From: Gemmatimonadaceae bacterium
Lineage (GTDB): Bacteria; Gemmatimonadota; Gemmatimonadetes; Gemmatimonadales; Gemmatimonadaceae
Assembly (NCBI GenBank): GCA_040901985.1
Contig: JBBDYC010000006.1
Location: 1 to 29,561, forward strand
DNA length: 29,561 bases
Direction of reading: 5' to 3'
Shown here: piece after piece, positions 1 through 8,537 of the stretch
How positions within the stretch are numbered: position 1 is the first letter of the stretch
Layout of the letters: the number at the start of each line of letters is the position of its first letter
Notes under the pieces: generated by a model
Told to the model about the DNA's origin: nothing
The model's input: the letters and a program-made list of their open reading frames with translations, nothing else
Database searches by the model: none
Position numbers and translations under genes: made by a program

Positions 1-72
1 TCGCCGGTGCAATCGCCGGTGCAATCGCCGGTGCAATCGCCGGTGCAATCGCCGGTGCAATCGCCGGCGCAC
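1..72. repeat. 12-bp tandem repeat (TCGCCGGTGCAA)x5 plus one degenerate copy; may continue beyond the left edge
   Basis: Exact copies at 1, 13, 25, 37 and 49; TCGCCGGCGCAC at 61-72; no spacers between units. Confidence 0.95.
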
Positions 73-131
73 GCGTTGGCGGGCCGCACCGCCTCGCGTT
101 CCATTCCGTCTCACTGAATCGTCGCTCCCTG

Positions 132-1013
132 ATGCCCAGAGCCGGATTCGTCACCCTCGTCGGCAAGCCCAACGCCGGCAAGTCCTCCCTCCTCAATCGC
201 TTGGTGGGGGAGCGGCTTGCCATCGTCTCCGCCAAACCACAGTCCACGCGCGACCGCGTGGTCGGGATCCTGTCCGACGACACCTCGCAGCTGATCTTCC
301 TCGACACGCCCGGGTTGCTCGAACCGCGCTACGCGCTGCACCGCGCGATGCGCCACGCCGCCCAGAAGGCAATCACCGACGCCGACGTCATTGTCTACCT
401 TGTGGATGCCGTGGACGACCAGCCCGGCGACCTCGCCGCCCTCGCTGGCCTGCCGGGGCCGCTGCGCGTCCCGGTCATCCTCGTCCTCAACAAACTCGAC
501 CGACTCTCCGCCGAGCGGGGTGCCAATCTGCGTGCCAAGTTCCCGGAGGCGCTCCTCGTCTCGGCGGTGACCGGCGTCGGCGTGGCGGCGTTGCTCGACG
601 CAATCCGCGCGCGGTTGCCCGAAAGCCCGTTCCTCTACGACGCCGACGACGTCTCCACGCAGCAGCTGCGATTCTTCGTCGCCGAGTTCCTGCGGGAGAC
701 GGTCCTCGAACAACTCGAGGATGAGGTGCCGTACGGAATCGCCGTGGCGATCGAGGAGTTCCGGGAGGATGACGACCCCGTGTACATCCGGGCCGTGATG
801 TACGTCGAGCGCGACAGCCAGAAGCGGATCGTGATCGGCGCCGGCGGGAGCCGGATCAAGGAGATTGGACAGGCGGCCCGAGCGAAGATCGAGCCACTCG
901 TCGGCAAGCGGGTCTTCCTCGACCTCTGGGTGAAGGAACTGCACAACTGGCGCAGGAACGCGAACGCGCTGGCCAGGTTCGGCTACCGGCTTCCCGAGGA
1001 GTCAGGACAATGA
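132..1013 (+). CDS. era: GTPase Era
   Basis: G1 GKPNAGKSS, G2 PQSTR, G3 DTPG, G4 NKLD, and a C-terminal KH domain with EVPY and VIGAGGSRIK; 293 aa. Confidence 0.97.
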   Translation: MPRAGFVTLVGKPNAGKSSLLNRLVGERLAIVSAKPQSTRDRVVGILSDDTSQLIFLDTPGLLEPRYALHRAMRHAAQKAITDADVIVYLVDAVDDQPGDLAALAGLPGPLRVPVILVLNKLDRLSAERGANLRAKFPEALLVSAVTGVGVAALLDAIRARLPESPFLYDADDVSTQQLRFFVAEFLRETVLEQLEDEVPYGIAVAIEEFREDDDPVYIRAVMYVERDSQKRIVIGAGGSRIKEIGQAARAKIEPLVGKRVFLDLWVKELHNWRRNANALARFGYRLPEESGQ

Positions 1014-1192
1014 CGGCGATTCCGCCGAAGATCCGCCAGCTTCTCGTGTGCCCCCGATGCCGCGGCGAGCTGTTGGATGAAGTCGCCCTGGGCCAAAAGG
1101 CCCTGGTCTGCCCCGCGTGCCGGGTGCGCTACCCGGTGGAGCGTGGAATCCCGATACTCATCGTCGAGCGGGCTGAACCGATGTCGAATTGA
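1010..1192 (+). CDS. Trm112/YcaR (UPF0434)-like small Zn-binding protein
   Basis: 60 aa, pattern LLVCPRCRGEL...LVCPACRVRYPVERGIPILI; ATGA overlap with the era stop; GGA upstream. Confidence 0.88.
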   Translation: MTAIPPKIRQLLVCPRCRGELLDEVALGQKALVCPACRVRYPVERGIPILIVERAEPMSN

Positions 1193-1219
1193 TGGCGCAA
1201 CTGCTTGCCAGACCGTGAT

Positions 1220-1248
1220 TTGACACCCCTCGCGGTGCCCTCTATCTT
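1220..1248 (+). promoter_or_regulatory. sigma70-type promoter for the GGDEF/Zn-ribbon pair
   Basis: Perfect -35 TTGACA (1220-1225), 17-nt spacer, -10 TATCTT (1243-1248); intergenic, 38 nt before GTG 1287. Confidence 0.8.
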
Positions 1249-1286
1249 CCGTCGGTAATCTCTCATTCCCCCCCCCGCAGCCCTCA

Positions 1287-2276
1287 GTGTCGCAAAACTC
1301 CGCCCTGATCCTCGCGCCTGATGGGCAGCCGCTGCCGGCCACCGTGCGCGGCTGGCTGGAGAGTCGGCACATTCCCACAATCAGCCTGTCAGCGGCGGAC
1401 GAGATCATGACCGCTGCGCTCCGGACCCGGCCGCGGCTGGTGATGGTGGACGCGCGGCAGCATCCCGTGGCGGCGCTCAAGACCTGTCGGCGGCTCAAGC
1501 AGGACTCGTACACCGGGGTGGTGCCGGTCGTGGTCACGACGCTCGCCGACGACGCGGCGTTCGCGGCGGCCTTCGACGCGGGCGCGGATGAAGTGTTGCG
1601 GGATGGCGGCTCGGAGCACGAGGCGACCCTTCGGCTCGACGCGCTGCTGCGGCGGAGCGACCGCGATACGTTCGTGCACCCGTCCACGCGGCTCCCCGGG
1701 ACGATCGAGATCGAGCACGAGATGACGCGGCGCATCGAGGCCCAGGTGCCGTTCGCCGTCTGCTACGCCGACCTCGATCACTTCAAGGAGTTCAACGACC
1801 GCTACAGCTATTACGACGGCGACCGGGTCATCCGGATCCTTTCGCGGATCCTCCACGACATCGTGAAGGGGATCTGTGGCGAGCCCGGGTTTGTCGGCCA
1901 TATCGGCGGCGATGATTTCATCTTCATCATCCCGGTGCCGCAGGTGACCGAGACCTGCGGAACGATTGTCGAGGTCTTTGACACGCTCGTGCCGTTCCAA
2001 TACTCGGAGCAGGACCGGCGCGCCGGTTATTATTTTGGGAAGGATCGGCGCGGCCAGCTGCACAAGGTGCCGCTGATGACACTGTCGATCGGGGTGGTGA
2101 CAAACGAACGACGCGTTTTCACGCACGCGGGGCAGGTGAGCGAACTGGCGACGGAAATGAAGAGCTATGCCAAGAGCATCCACGGCTCGGTCTTCTCGGT
2201 GGATCGCCGCGGTGACGGGCCGGTGAGCGACAGTCCGGCCCCGGGGGGCCGCGCGTCCAACGCTACGGAGGGGTAG
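1287..2276 (+). CDS. Degenerate receiver domain plus GGDEF-family (GGDDF) nucleotide cyclase
   Basis: N-terminal REC-like fold (RPRLVMVD...PVVV...AFDAGADEVL); C-terminal DLDHFKEFND...GD and GHIGGDDF (GGDDF at 1905-1919), TLSIGV; 329 aa. Confidence 0.88.
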   Translation: MSQNSALILAPDGQPLPATVRGWLESRHIPTISLSAADEIMTAALRTRPRLVMVDARQHPVAALKTCRRLKQDSYTGVVPVVVTTLADDAAFAAAFDAGADEVLRDGGSEHEATLRLDALLRRSDRDTFVHPSTRLPGTIEIEHEMTRRIEAQVPFAVCYADLDHFKEFNDRYSYYDGDRVIRILSRILHDIVKGICGEPGFVGHIGGDDFIFIIPVPQVTETCGTIVEVFDTLVPFQYSEQDRRAGYYFGKDRRGQLHKVPLMTLSIGVVTNERRVFTHAGQVSELATEMKSYAKSIHGSVFSVDRRGDGPVSDSPAPGGRASNATEG

Positions 2277-3325
2277 TGAACGTTTCATGTGGGGAGTGCC
2301 AGTCAGTATTCCGGGTCGATCCAGCGAAGGTGCCCGCGGCGGGCATCCGGGCCCGCTGCGCCGTGTGCGGCGCCGTGTTTCGGGTCGAGCGCAGTTCGCC
2401 TTCGACGGCGGGCGTGGCGTCGGCCGCGCCTCAGGCGTACGCTCCGGCACCGGCCCCCAGGGTGCCGACGCCGGTGACCGCCCCGCCGGCGGCGCACACG
2501 CCGACCCCTGCGGCAGCGGCACCACCCGTGATGCCGAGGCCGGCGACCCCGGCTCCGATGGCCCCGACGATGCCGCGGCCCGCCGCCCCGAAGGCAGTGG
2601 CGCCGACGTTCACACCCAGGGCAGCGACGGCCGTACCGCCGGCCGCGCCGCCGGGCGTGCCGCCGGCCGCCGCCCGTCCGGCGGTCCCGCCAGTGCGGAC
2701 GTCGGCGGCCCGGCTGACGCCGCCGGTGCCCGGAGCGGCAATCCGGCCGGCGCCGGCGGCGCCCCGCCCTCCGATGCCGCCCGCTGCGCCGCCCGTTCGG
2801 CCCGCGCTCGCCCCTCCGGTGCGCCCGCCGATGGCGCCTCCGCCGCGCCCGCCGGCTCCGACCGCGCCTGCCGCGGCGCCTCCGCCCGCCGCGCCGGCCC
2901 GTCCGGTGATGGCGACGCCTGTCCGTTCGCCGTCGCCGCCCGCGCAAGCATCGCCGCCCCGCGTCTCGCTCTCGGCTGCGCCGACGGTCACGCCGGCGGT
3001 CACGCCGCGGCCGGCCAGTGCCACGCCGCTCAGCGGCACGCCGGCCGGCGGCACGAAGCGCTCGATCAATCCGTTCCTCGCCAACGACCCGAATCTCAAG
3101 GCGCGACGCCTCGCCCGCGCGCTGGTGTCGGATATGATTGCGTACCTCCCCGGCAAGCGTGAGGAGGGTACACGGGACGGCACGCTTAAGACGCTCTTCA
3201 AGGAAGAGATCAAGAAGAGCTACGAGGAGTATGTGGACCAGATCGGCAAGGAGTTCGCCGACTCGACGACACACTTCCAGGAAGCGCTCAACGACTTGCT
3301 GGCCGGCGGCCAGAAGATGTTCTAG
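2276..3325 (+). CDS. MJ0042-type zinc-ribbon protein with a long Pro/Ala linker and a helical C-terminal (RomX-like) domain
   Basis: CGEC...FRV...RCAVCGAVF in residues 1-38; about 220 aa of Pro/Ala low complexity; ordered tail KARRLARALVSDMIAY...FQEALNDLL; SD GGAGGG at 2267-2272; 1-nt overlap with the upstream stop. Confidence 0.85.
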   Translation: MNVSCGECQSVFRVDPAKVPAAGIRARCAVCGAVFRVERSSPSTAGVASAAPQAYAPAPAPRVPTPVTAPPAAHTPTPAAAAPPVMPRPATPAPMAPTMPRPAAPKAVAPTFTPRAATAVPPAAPPGVPPAAARPAVPPVRTSAARLTPPVPGAAIRPAPAAPRPPMPPAAPPVRPALAPPVRPPMAPPPRPPAPTAPAAAPPPAAPARPVMATPVRSPSPPAQASPPRVSLSAAPTVTPAVTPRPASATPLSGTPAGGTKRSINPFLANDPNLKARRLARALVSDMIAYLPGKREEGTRDGTLKTLFKEEIKKSYEEYVDQIGKEFADSTTHFQEALNDLLAGGQKMF

Positions 3326-3376
3326 CGCCGTCGCGCCCACCGAGTCCCACGACTAGCTTTCCGGTGTTCGCCGAGT

Positions 3377-3405
3377 GAGCCGTGTCCCCTCGCGGAACAC
3401 GGCTC
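3377..3405. other. Intergenic inverted repeat (9-bp stem, 11-nt loop) in the prfB leader
   Basis: GAGCCGTGT (3377-3385) pairs with ACACGGCTC (3397-3405); no U-tract follows. Confidence 0.7.
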
Positions 3406-3431
3406 GTCGTGCATCCCTCCTCGATCCCGCC

Positions 3432-4548
3432 ATGGCCGCCGACACCGCGCTCCACACCTCGCTGAAGCACGACGAGTCCCGACTCGCCGAGCTGCGGAGG
3501 TATCTTTGACCTTGAGCGCAAGCGTGAGCGCCTGACGGCGCTCGAGCGGGACATGAGCGACGCCGGGTTCTGGAATGCGCAGGAGCGCGCCCGCGGCGTG
3601 GTGCAGGAAGTGAAGACACTGAAGAACTGGATCGACCCCTTCGACCGACTGCTGGGGCGGATTCGCAGCGCCCGCGAGCTCGAGGAGCTGCTGGCGGTCG
3701 AGCCCGACGAGGCGATGATTGCCGAGGTGCAGCGCGAGGCGGCGGCGATTCGCGAGGAGACCGACGCCTTCGAGCTCCGTTCGCTCCTGCAGGGCCGCGA
3801 CGACTTCCGGGATGCGCAGTTGGAGATCAGCGCCGGCGCCGGCGGCACCGAGGCGCAGGACTGGGCGCAGATGATCCTGCGGATGTACACGCGGTGGGCG
3901 GAACGGAAGGGCTACAAGGTCGAGATCCTCGACCTGAGCGAAGGGGAGGAGGCGGGGATCAAGGGGGCGGTCCTCGAGATCTCCGGGCCGTACGCCTTCG
4001 GGTTCCTGCGTCCCGAGGCCGGCGTGCACCGGCTGGTGCGGATCTCGCCGTTCGACTCGCAGGCGCGCCGGCACACGAGCTTCGCCTCGGTCTTCGTCTA
4101 TCCGGTGGTGGATGAGGAGATCAACATCGAGATTCGCGACGAGGACTTGCGCGTGGACGTGTATCGGGCGTCGGGCGCCGGCGGACAGCACGTGAACAAG
4201 ACGAGCTCGGCGGTGCGCATCACGCACCTGCCGTCCGGCGTAGTGGTGGCGTCGCAGGCCGAGCGGTCGCAGTTCAAGAACAAGGCCACCGCGATGAAGC
4301 AGCTGAAGAACCGGCTCTACCAGCTCGAGGCCGACAAGCAGGCGGCGGTGCGGGCGGCGCTCGACGCCACGAAGGCCGACGTCTCGTTCGGCAGCCAGAT
4401 CCGCAGCTACGTGTTCCAGCCGTACACGATGGTCAACGACCACCGGACGGAGCTCAAGCTGACCGACGTGCAGAAGGTGATGGACGGCGCGCTCGATCCG
4501 TTCATCGCGGCCTACCTCAAGGCGCAGACCGACGGGGGGGCGCGGTGA
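3432..4548 (+). CDS. prfB: Peptide chain release factor 2 with +1 programmed frameshift (join 3432-3506, 3508-4548; about 371 aa)
   Basis: ATG 3432 gives [25 protein letters not shown] then TGA at codon 26; the +1 frame continues DLERKRERL... into the track ORF with SPF (RISPFD) and GGQ (GAGGQHVN) motifs. Confidence 0.97.
3496..3510 (+). promoter_or_regulatory. RF2 autoregulatory frameshift cassette
   Basis: Internal SD GGAGG (3496-3500), TAT spacer, CTT TGA C (3504-3510): the canonical prfB signal. Confidence 0.96.
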
Positions 4549-6065
4549 GCGACGACCTGAATCACGTGCTCCGCGCTCGCCGCGAGAAGCTCGATGCGTT
4601 GGCGGCCCTCGGCGCGGCGCCATTTGCCTACGGGTTCGACCGCTCGCACGGGTGCGGCGCGGCGGCGGCGCTGCTCGGCGACGCCGAGGAAGGGCCGGTC
4701 GTGCGGCTGGCGGGGCGCCTGGTCGCCTGGCGGGGCCACGGGAAAACGATTTTCGCCCATCTCGCCGACGACACCGGGCGCATCCAGCTCTACTTCCGCA
4801 AGGACGCACTGAGCGAGGCACAGTTCGCGCTCGTCGAGCTCTTCGACCTCGGCGACGTCGTGGGCGTCGAGGGGCCGCTCTTCCGCACGCGGACGGGGGA
4901 GGTGACGGTGCGCGTGACGCTGGCGACGATGCTCGCCAAGTCGCTGCGCCCGTTGCCGTTCGGCAAGGAGGAGACGGTTGACGGCCGGACCGTGCGCCAC
5001 TCCGGATTCGCCGATGGCGAACAGCGCTCTCGGCAGCGCTACGCCGACCTCGCCGTGCACCCCGAGGTCCGGCTGCATTTTGCGGCACGGAGCCGGATGA
5101 CCACGGCGCTCCGCGCGGCGCTCGACGGGCTGGGCTACCTCGAGGTGGAGACACCGGTGCTGCAGGCAGTCTACGGCGGGGCGGCGGCGAAGCCGTTCAC
5201 GACACACCACAACGCACTCGACCTGCCGCTCTACCTGCGGATTGCCGACGAGCTCTACCTCAAGCGACTCGTCGTCGGCGGGTTCGACCGCGTGTACGAG
5301 ATCGGCCACGACTTCCGCAACGAGGGCATCGATCGGTCGCACAACCCGGAGTTCACGATGCTCGAGTTCTACGAGGCGTACGCCGACTACACGGTGATGC
5401 TGGGCCGCGTGGAGCAGCTGTTGATCACGGCGGCGACGGCGGTGCGCCTCGCGCTGGGCGACGGGCCCCGCGAGCGGTTCGACGGCGGTGCGGCGCGGCC
5501 GGTGCCCGTCTTCACGCCGCCATTTCCACGGATCGAGTGGGTGCCGGCGCTCTCGACGGCGCTCGGCGTGCCGGACGCGCTGGCGCTCGACGACGGGGCG
5601 CTGCGGGTGGCGGCGGAGCGCGCCGGGGTGAACGACGCCGGCAAGCTGTCGCGGCCCAAGCTGCTCGACGAGCTCTTCCAGGCGCACGTCGAGACACAGA
5701 TCGAGCAGCCGACCTTCGTGGTGGACTACCCGGTGGAACTCTCGCCGCTGGCCAAGCCGCATCGGACCGCGGCGGGCCTCACCGAGCGCTTCGAGCTCTT
5801 TGCCAACGGCAAGGAGTTGGCGAACGCGTTCTCCGAATTGAACGACCCGCTCGACCAGCGGCGACGATTTGAGGCGCAGGGACGACTGAAGGCCGCGGGG
5901 GACGAGGAGGCGGCCGGGGTGGACGAGGACTACCTGCGCGCGATGGAGTACGGGATGCCGCCGATGGGCGGGGTGGGGATCGGGCTCGACCGACTCTTCA
6001 TGTACCTCACGGACACGCCGCACATCCGCGACGTGATCCTCTTTCCGTTGATGCGCCCCGAATGA
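4545..6065 (+). CDS. lysS: Lysine--tRNA ligase (class II)
   Basis: OB-fold N-terminus, [51 protein letters not shown] overlap with prfB. Confidence 0.97.
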   Translation: MSDDLNHVLRARREKLDALAALGAAPFAYGFDRSHGCGAAAALLGDAEEGPVVRLAGRLVAWRGHGKTIFAHLADDTGRIQLYFRKDALSEAQFALVELFDLGDVVGVEGPLFRTRTGEVTVRVTLATMLAKSLRPLPFGKEETVDGRTVRHSGFADGEQRSRQRYADLAVHPEVRLHFAARSRMTTALRAALDGLGYLEVETPVLQAVYGGAAAKPFTTHHNALDLPLYLRIADELYLKRLVVGGFDRVYEIGHDFRNEGIDRSHNPEFTMLEFYEAYADYTVMLGRVEQLLITAATAVRLALGDGPRERFDGGAARPVPVFTPPFPRIEWVPALSTALGVPDALALDDGALRVAAERAGVNDAGKLSRPKLLDELFQAHVETQIEQPTFVVDYPVELSPLAKPHRTAAGLTERFELFANGKELANAFSELNDPLDQRRRFEAQGRLKAAGDEEAAGVDEDYLRAMEYGMPPMGGVGIGLDRLFMYLTDTPHIRDVILFPLMRPE

Positions 6066-7339
6066 CCGGTCCGTCCCGCGTCCCCAGCGTCGGCCGTCTC
6101 GAGCTGTCCATCGCGTGGCGCTACCTGCGCAGTCGGCGCGGCTCGCGCCTGCTCTCATTCATCAGCGTGATCGCGGTGGCCGGCGTGGCGGTCGGCGTCA
6201 GCGCGCTGATTGTCATCATCGGCGTGATGAACGGTCTCCAGACGGACCTGCGCGAGAAGATCCTCGTCGGCAGCCCGGACGTCCGAGTGTTGACCTACGG
6301 CGAGGCGCTGCGGATGGAGAACTGGCGCGAGGCGATGGCCACCGTGCGGACGCTGCCCGGTGTGGTGGACGCGGCGCCCTTTGTGCTGTCGCAGGGCCTG
6401 GCGACGGCGGGACGCGGGCACCACGAGGCGGTGACCGTCGTTGGCATCGTCCCCGGAGACTCCGGATCGGCGCAGGTGACGACGATCCGCGACCACGCGA
6501 CGAGCGGCGACTTTCGGTTCCGCACGACCGACAGCACCACCCGTGGGATCGTGGTCGGCGAGCTGCTTGCCGACCGCCTCGGCGCGTACCCGGGGATGCG
6601 GCTGACGATCGTCACCGCGAGCGGCGGGTCGGTGAGCCCACTGCTCGGCGGCTTGCTGCCACGCTTCTTCGAGTACGAGGTCTCGGGGGTATTCGAGACC
6701 AATATGTACGAGTACGACAACAGCTATGTGTACGCCGAGATCGGCGTGGCGCAGGAGCTGGCGGGGCTCGACACCGCGGTCACCGGCCTCGAGGTGCGGA
6801 CGACCGACCGCTGGGCGGCGCCGGCGGTCGCCGCGCAGATAGACAGCGCGCTCGGCTACCCGTACCGCACCGTGGATTGGCAGGAGCAGAACAGTTCGCT
6901 CTTCCGGGCGCTGAAGCTCGAGAAGCTCGGCATGGCGGTGATCCTCGCGCTGATCATCATGGTGGCCGCGTTCAACATCGTGAGCACGTTGACGATGGTG
7001 GTGCGGGACAAGACGCGGGAGATCGGGATCCTCAAGGCGATGGGGATGCGGGCCGATTCCATCCGCCGGATCTTCCTCCTCCAGGGACTGTTCATCGGGA
7101 CGGCCGGCACGGGGATCGGGCTCACGCTGGGCGTGGGCGTCGGCGTCGCGCTCGAGCGGTGGAAACTGATCGCGCTCGACCCCTCGGTCTATTTCATCGA
7201 CCACCTCCCGGTGCGCCTCGAGTCGTTCGACATCGCGCTGATCGTGGCGCTGAGCATCGGCGTGGCGGTGCTGGCGACGCTCCACCCGGCGGCCACGGCG
7301 GCGCGGCTCTACCCGATCGAGGCCATCCGAAGCGAATGA
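6062..7339 (+). CDS. lolE: Lipoprotein-releasing ABC transporter permease (single LolC/E, LolF-like)
   Basis: [10 protein letters not shown], first TM followed by [31 protein letters not shown]-terminal P..AIRSE; adjacent to lolD. Confidence 0.88.
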   Translation: MTGPSRVPSVGRLELSIAWRYLRSRRGSRLLSFISVIAVAGVAVGVSALIVIIGVMNGLQTDLREKILVGSPDVRVLTYGEALRMENWREAMATVRTLPGVVDAAPFVLSQGLATAGRGHHEAVTVVGIVPGDSGSAQVTTIRDHATSGDFRFRTTDSTTRGIVVGELLADRLGAYPGMRLTIVTASGGSVSPLLGGLLPRFFEYEVSGVFETNMYEYDNSYVYAEIGVAQELAGLDTAVTGLEVRTTDRWAAPAVAAQIDSALGYPYRTVDWQEQNSSLFRALKLEKLGMAVILALIIMVAAFNIVSTLTMVVRDKTREIGILKAMGMRADSIRRIFLLQGLFIGTAGTGIGLTLGVGVGVALERWKLIALDPSVYFIDHLPVRLESFDIALIVALSIGVAVLATLHPAATAARLYPIEAIRSE

Positions 7340-8052
7340 CGATCCCGCGCGTGGGGCCCGTGCTGGAGGCGGTCGGCGTGGTGAAGGGGTATCGCGGGGG
7401 CGACGGGGGGCAGATCCGCGTCCTCGAGGGGGTGGACCTGACACTGGCCGCCGGGGAGATGGTGGCGGTGATCGGGGCGAGCGGGTCGGGAAAGAGCACC
7501 TTCCTGCACGTGCTCGGCGCGCTGGAGCGGCCCGACGCAGGGGCGGTGACGCTGGCCGGCGCCCCGACGGCGGGTATGGGAGATGAGGCGCTGGCGGAAC
7601 TTCGCAACCAGCGCGTGGGATTCGTCTTTCAGTTCCACCATCTCCTGAAGGAGTTCTCGGCGTTGGAGAATGTGATGATGCCGCTCTGGATCGCCGGGCG
7701 CCCCGCGCCCGAGGCGAGGGAACGGGCCGAGGCGCTGCTGGAGCGCGTCGGGCTCTCCGCGCGCCGTCACCATCGGCCCGCCGAGATGTCGGGGGGCGAG
7801 CAGCAACGCGCCGCCGTGGCGCGGGCGCTCGCGCTCGACCCGCCGATCCTCCTCGCCGACGAGCCGTCGGGCAACCTCGACCACCAGAATGCCGACCGGC
7901 TGCACGACCTGCTGGCCTCGCTGACCGCCGACGGCGGGGTCGGGATCGTCGTCGTGACGCACAACCGGTCGCTGGCGGCGCGCGCGCAGCGGGTGCTGCA
8001 TCTCGAGGACGGACGCCTGCACCCGGCGGCGCCGACGGAAGGAGGGGTCTGA
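7336..8052 (+). CDS. lolD: Lipoprotein-releasing ABC transporter ATP-binding protein
   Basis: Start reset to ATG 7336 (ATGA overlap); GASGSGKST, GFVFQFHHLL, MSGGEQQR, LLADEPSGNLD, VTHN; 238 aa. Confidence 0.92.
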   Translation: MTIPRVGPVLEAVGVVKGYRGGDGGQIRVLEGVDLTLAAGEMVAVIGASGSGKSTFLHVLGALERPDAGAVTLAGAPTAGMGDEALAELRNQRVGFVFQFHHLLKEFSALENVMMPLWIAGRPAPEARERAEALLERVGLSARRHHRPAEMSGGEQQRAAVARALALDPPILLADEPSGNLDHQNADRLHDLLASLTADGGVGIVVVTHNRSLAARAQRVLHLEDGRLHPAAPTEGGV

Positions 8053-8537
8053 TGGTCTGCGACACCTGCCGCGAGCGCGACGCCATCGTGCACCTGACGC
8101 AGATCGTCGAGAGCGCGGTCTCGCAGATCCACCTTTGCGAGCAGTGCGCGGCGGCGCGGGGCATCGAGACGACGGTCGGCGCGCCGAAGCACCCGCTGGG
8201 GGACTTCCTCGACGCCGTCCAGCAGCAGGCGGTCCAGCTGCCGGGCGATGCGGCGCGCTGTTCCTCCTGCGGCACGTCGCTGCGCGACTTCCGCGCCAGC
8301 GGCCGGCTCGGCTGCGCCCACTGCTACGGCGCCTTCGAGCAGAGCCTGCGCGAGCTGCTCCGGCGCGTCCACGGCAGCACCAGGCACGAGGGGTGGCGTT
8401 ACGAGACCGGCGACCCCGACGTGATGGTGCGCGAGGTGACGCTGCTCGAACTGCGCGAACGGCTGCAGCGCGCGGTGGACGGGGAGGCCTTCGAGGAGGC
8501 GGCCGGGCTGCGCGACCAGATTCGGGGGATGGAATGA
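8052..8537 (+). CDS. mcsA: McsA, activator of protein-arginine kinase (four CxxC motifs plus UVR domain)
   Basis: CDTC, HLCEQCA, CSSCG, GRLGCAHCY..F, C-terminal EAFEEAAGLRDQI; directly upstream of mcsB; TGATG overlap with lolD. Confidence 0.92.
   Translation: MVCDTCRERDAIVHLTQIVESAVSQIHLCEQCAAARGIETTVGAPKHPLGDFLDAVQQQAVQLPGDAARCSSCGTSLRDFRASGRLGCAHCYGAFEQSLRELLRRVHGSTRHEGWRYETGDPDVMVREVTLLELRERLQRAVDGEAFEEAAGLRDQIRGME

Noticed and set aside
1..72. Possible CRISPR array
   Set aside because: Units are 12 bp and directly adjacent, with no spacers and no cas genes.
1770..1830. Hypr-type GGDEF (3',3'-cGAMP synthase)
   Set aside because: The base-recognition Asp in the ND....GD motif is retained (YDGD), not the Ser typical of Hypr enzymes, so the sequence gives no support.
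2287..3340. Alternative-frame ORFs over the Pro/Ala linker (2287-3162 +, 2303-3340 -, 2431-3213 -)
   Set aside because: Extreme GC content removes stops in all frames; only the 2276 frame has an SD, a Zn ribbon and an ordered C-terminal domain.
3432..3552. prfB as a frameshifted pseudogene
   Set aside because: The break is the canonical programmed frameshift signal at codon 26.
6115..8052. Apparent 645-aa fusion ending in an ABC ATPase
   Set aside because: The first 407 codons are an off-frame read of the permease gene; the true lolD start is ATG 7336 at the ATGA overlap.
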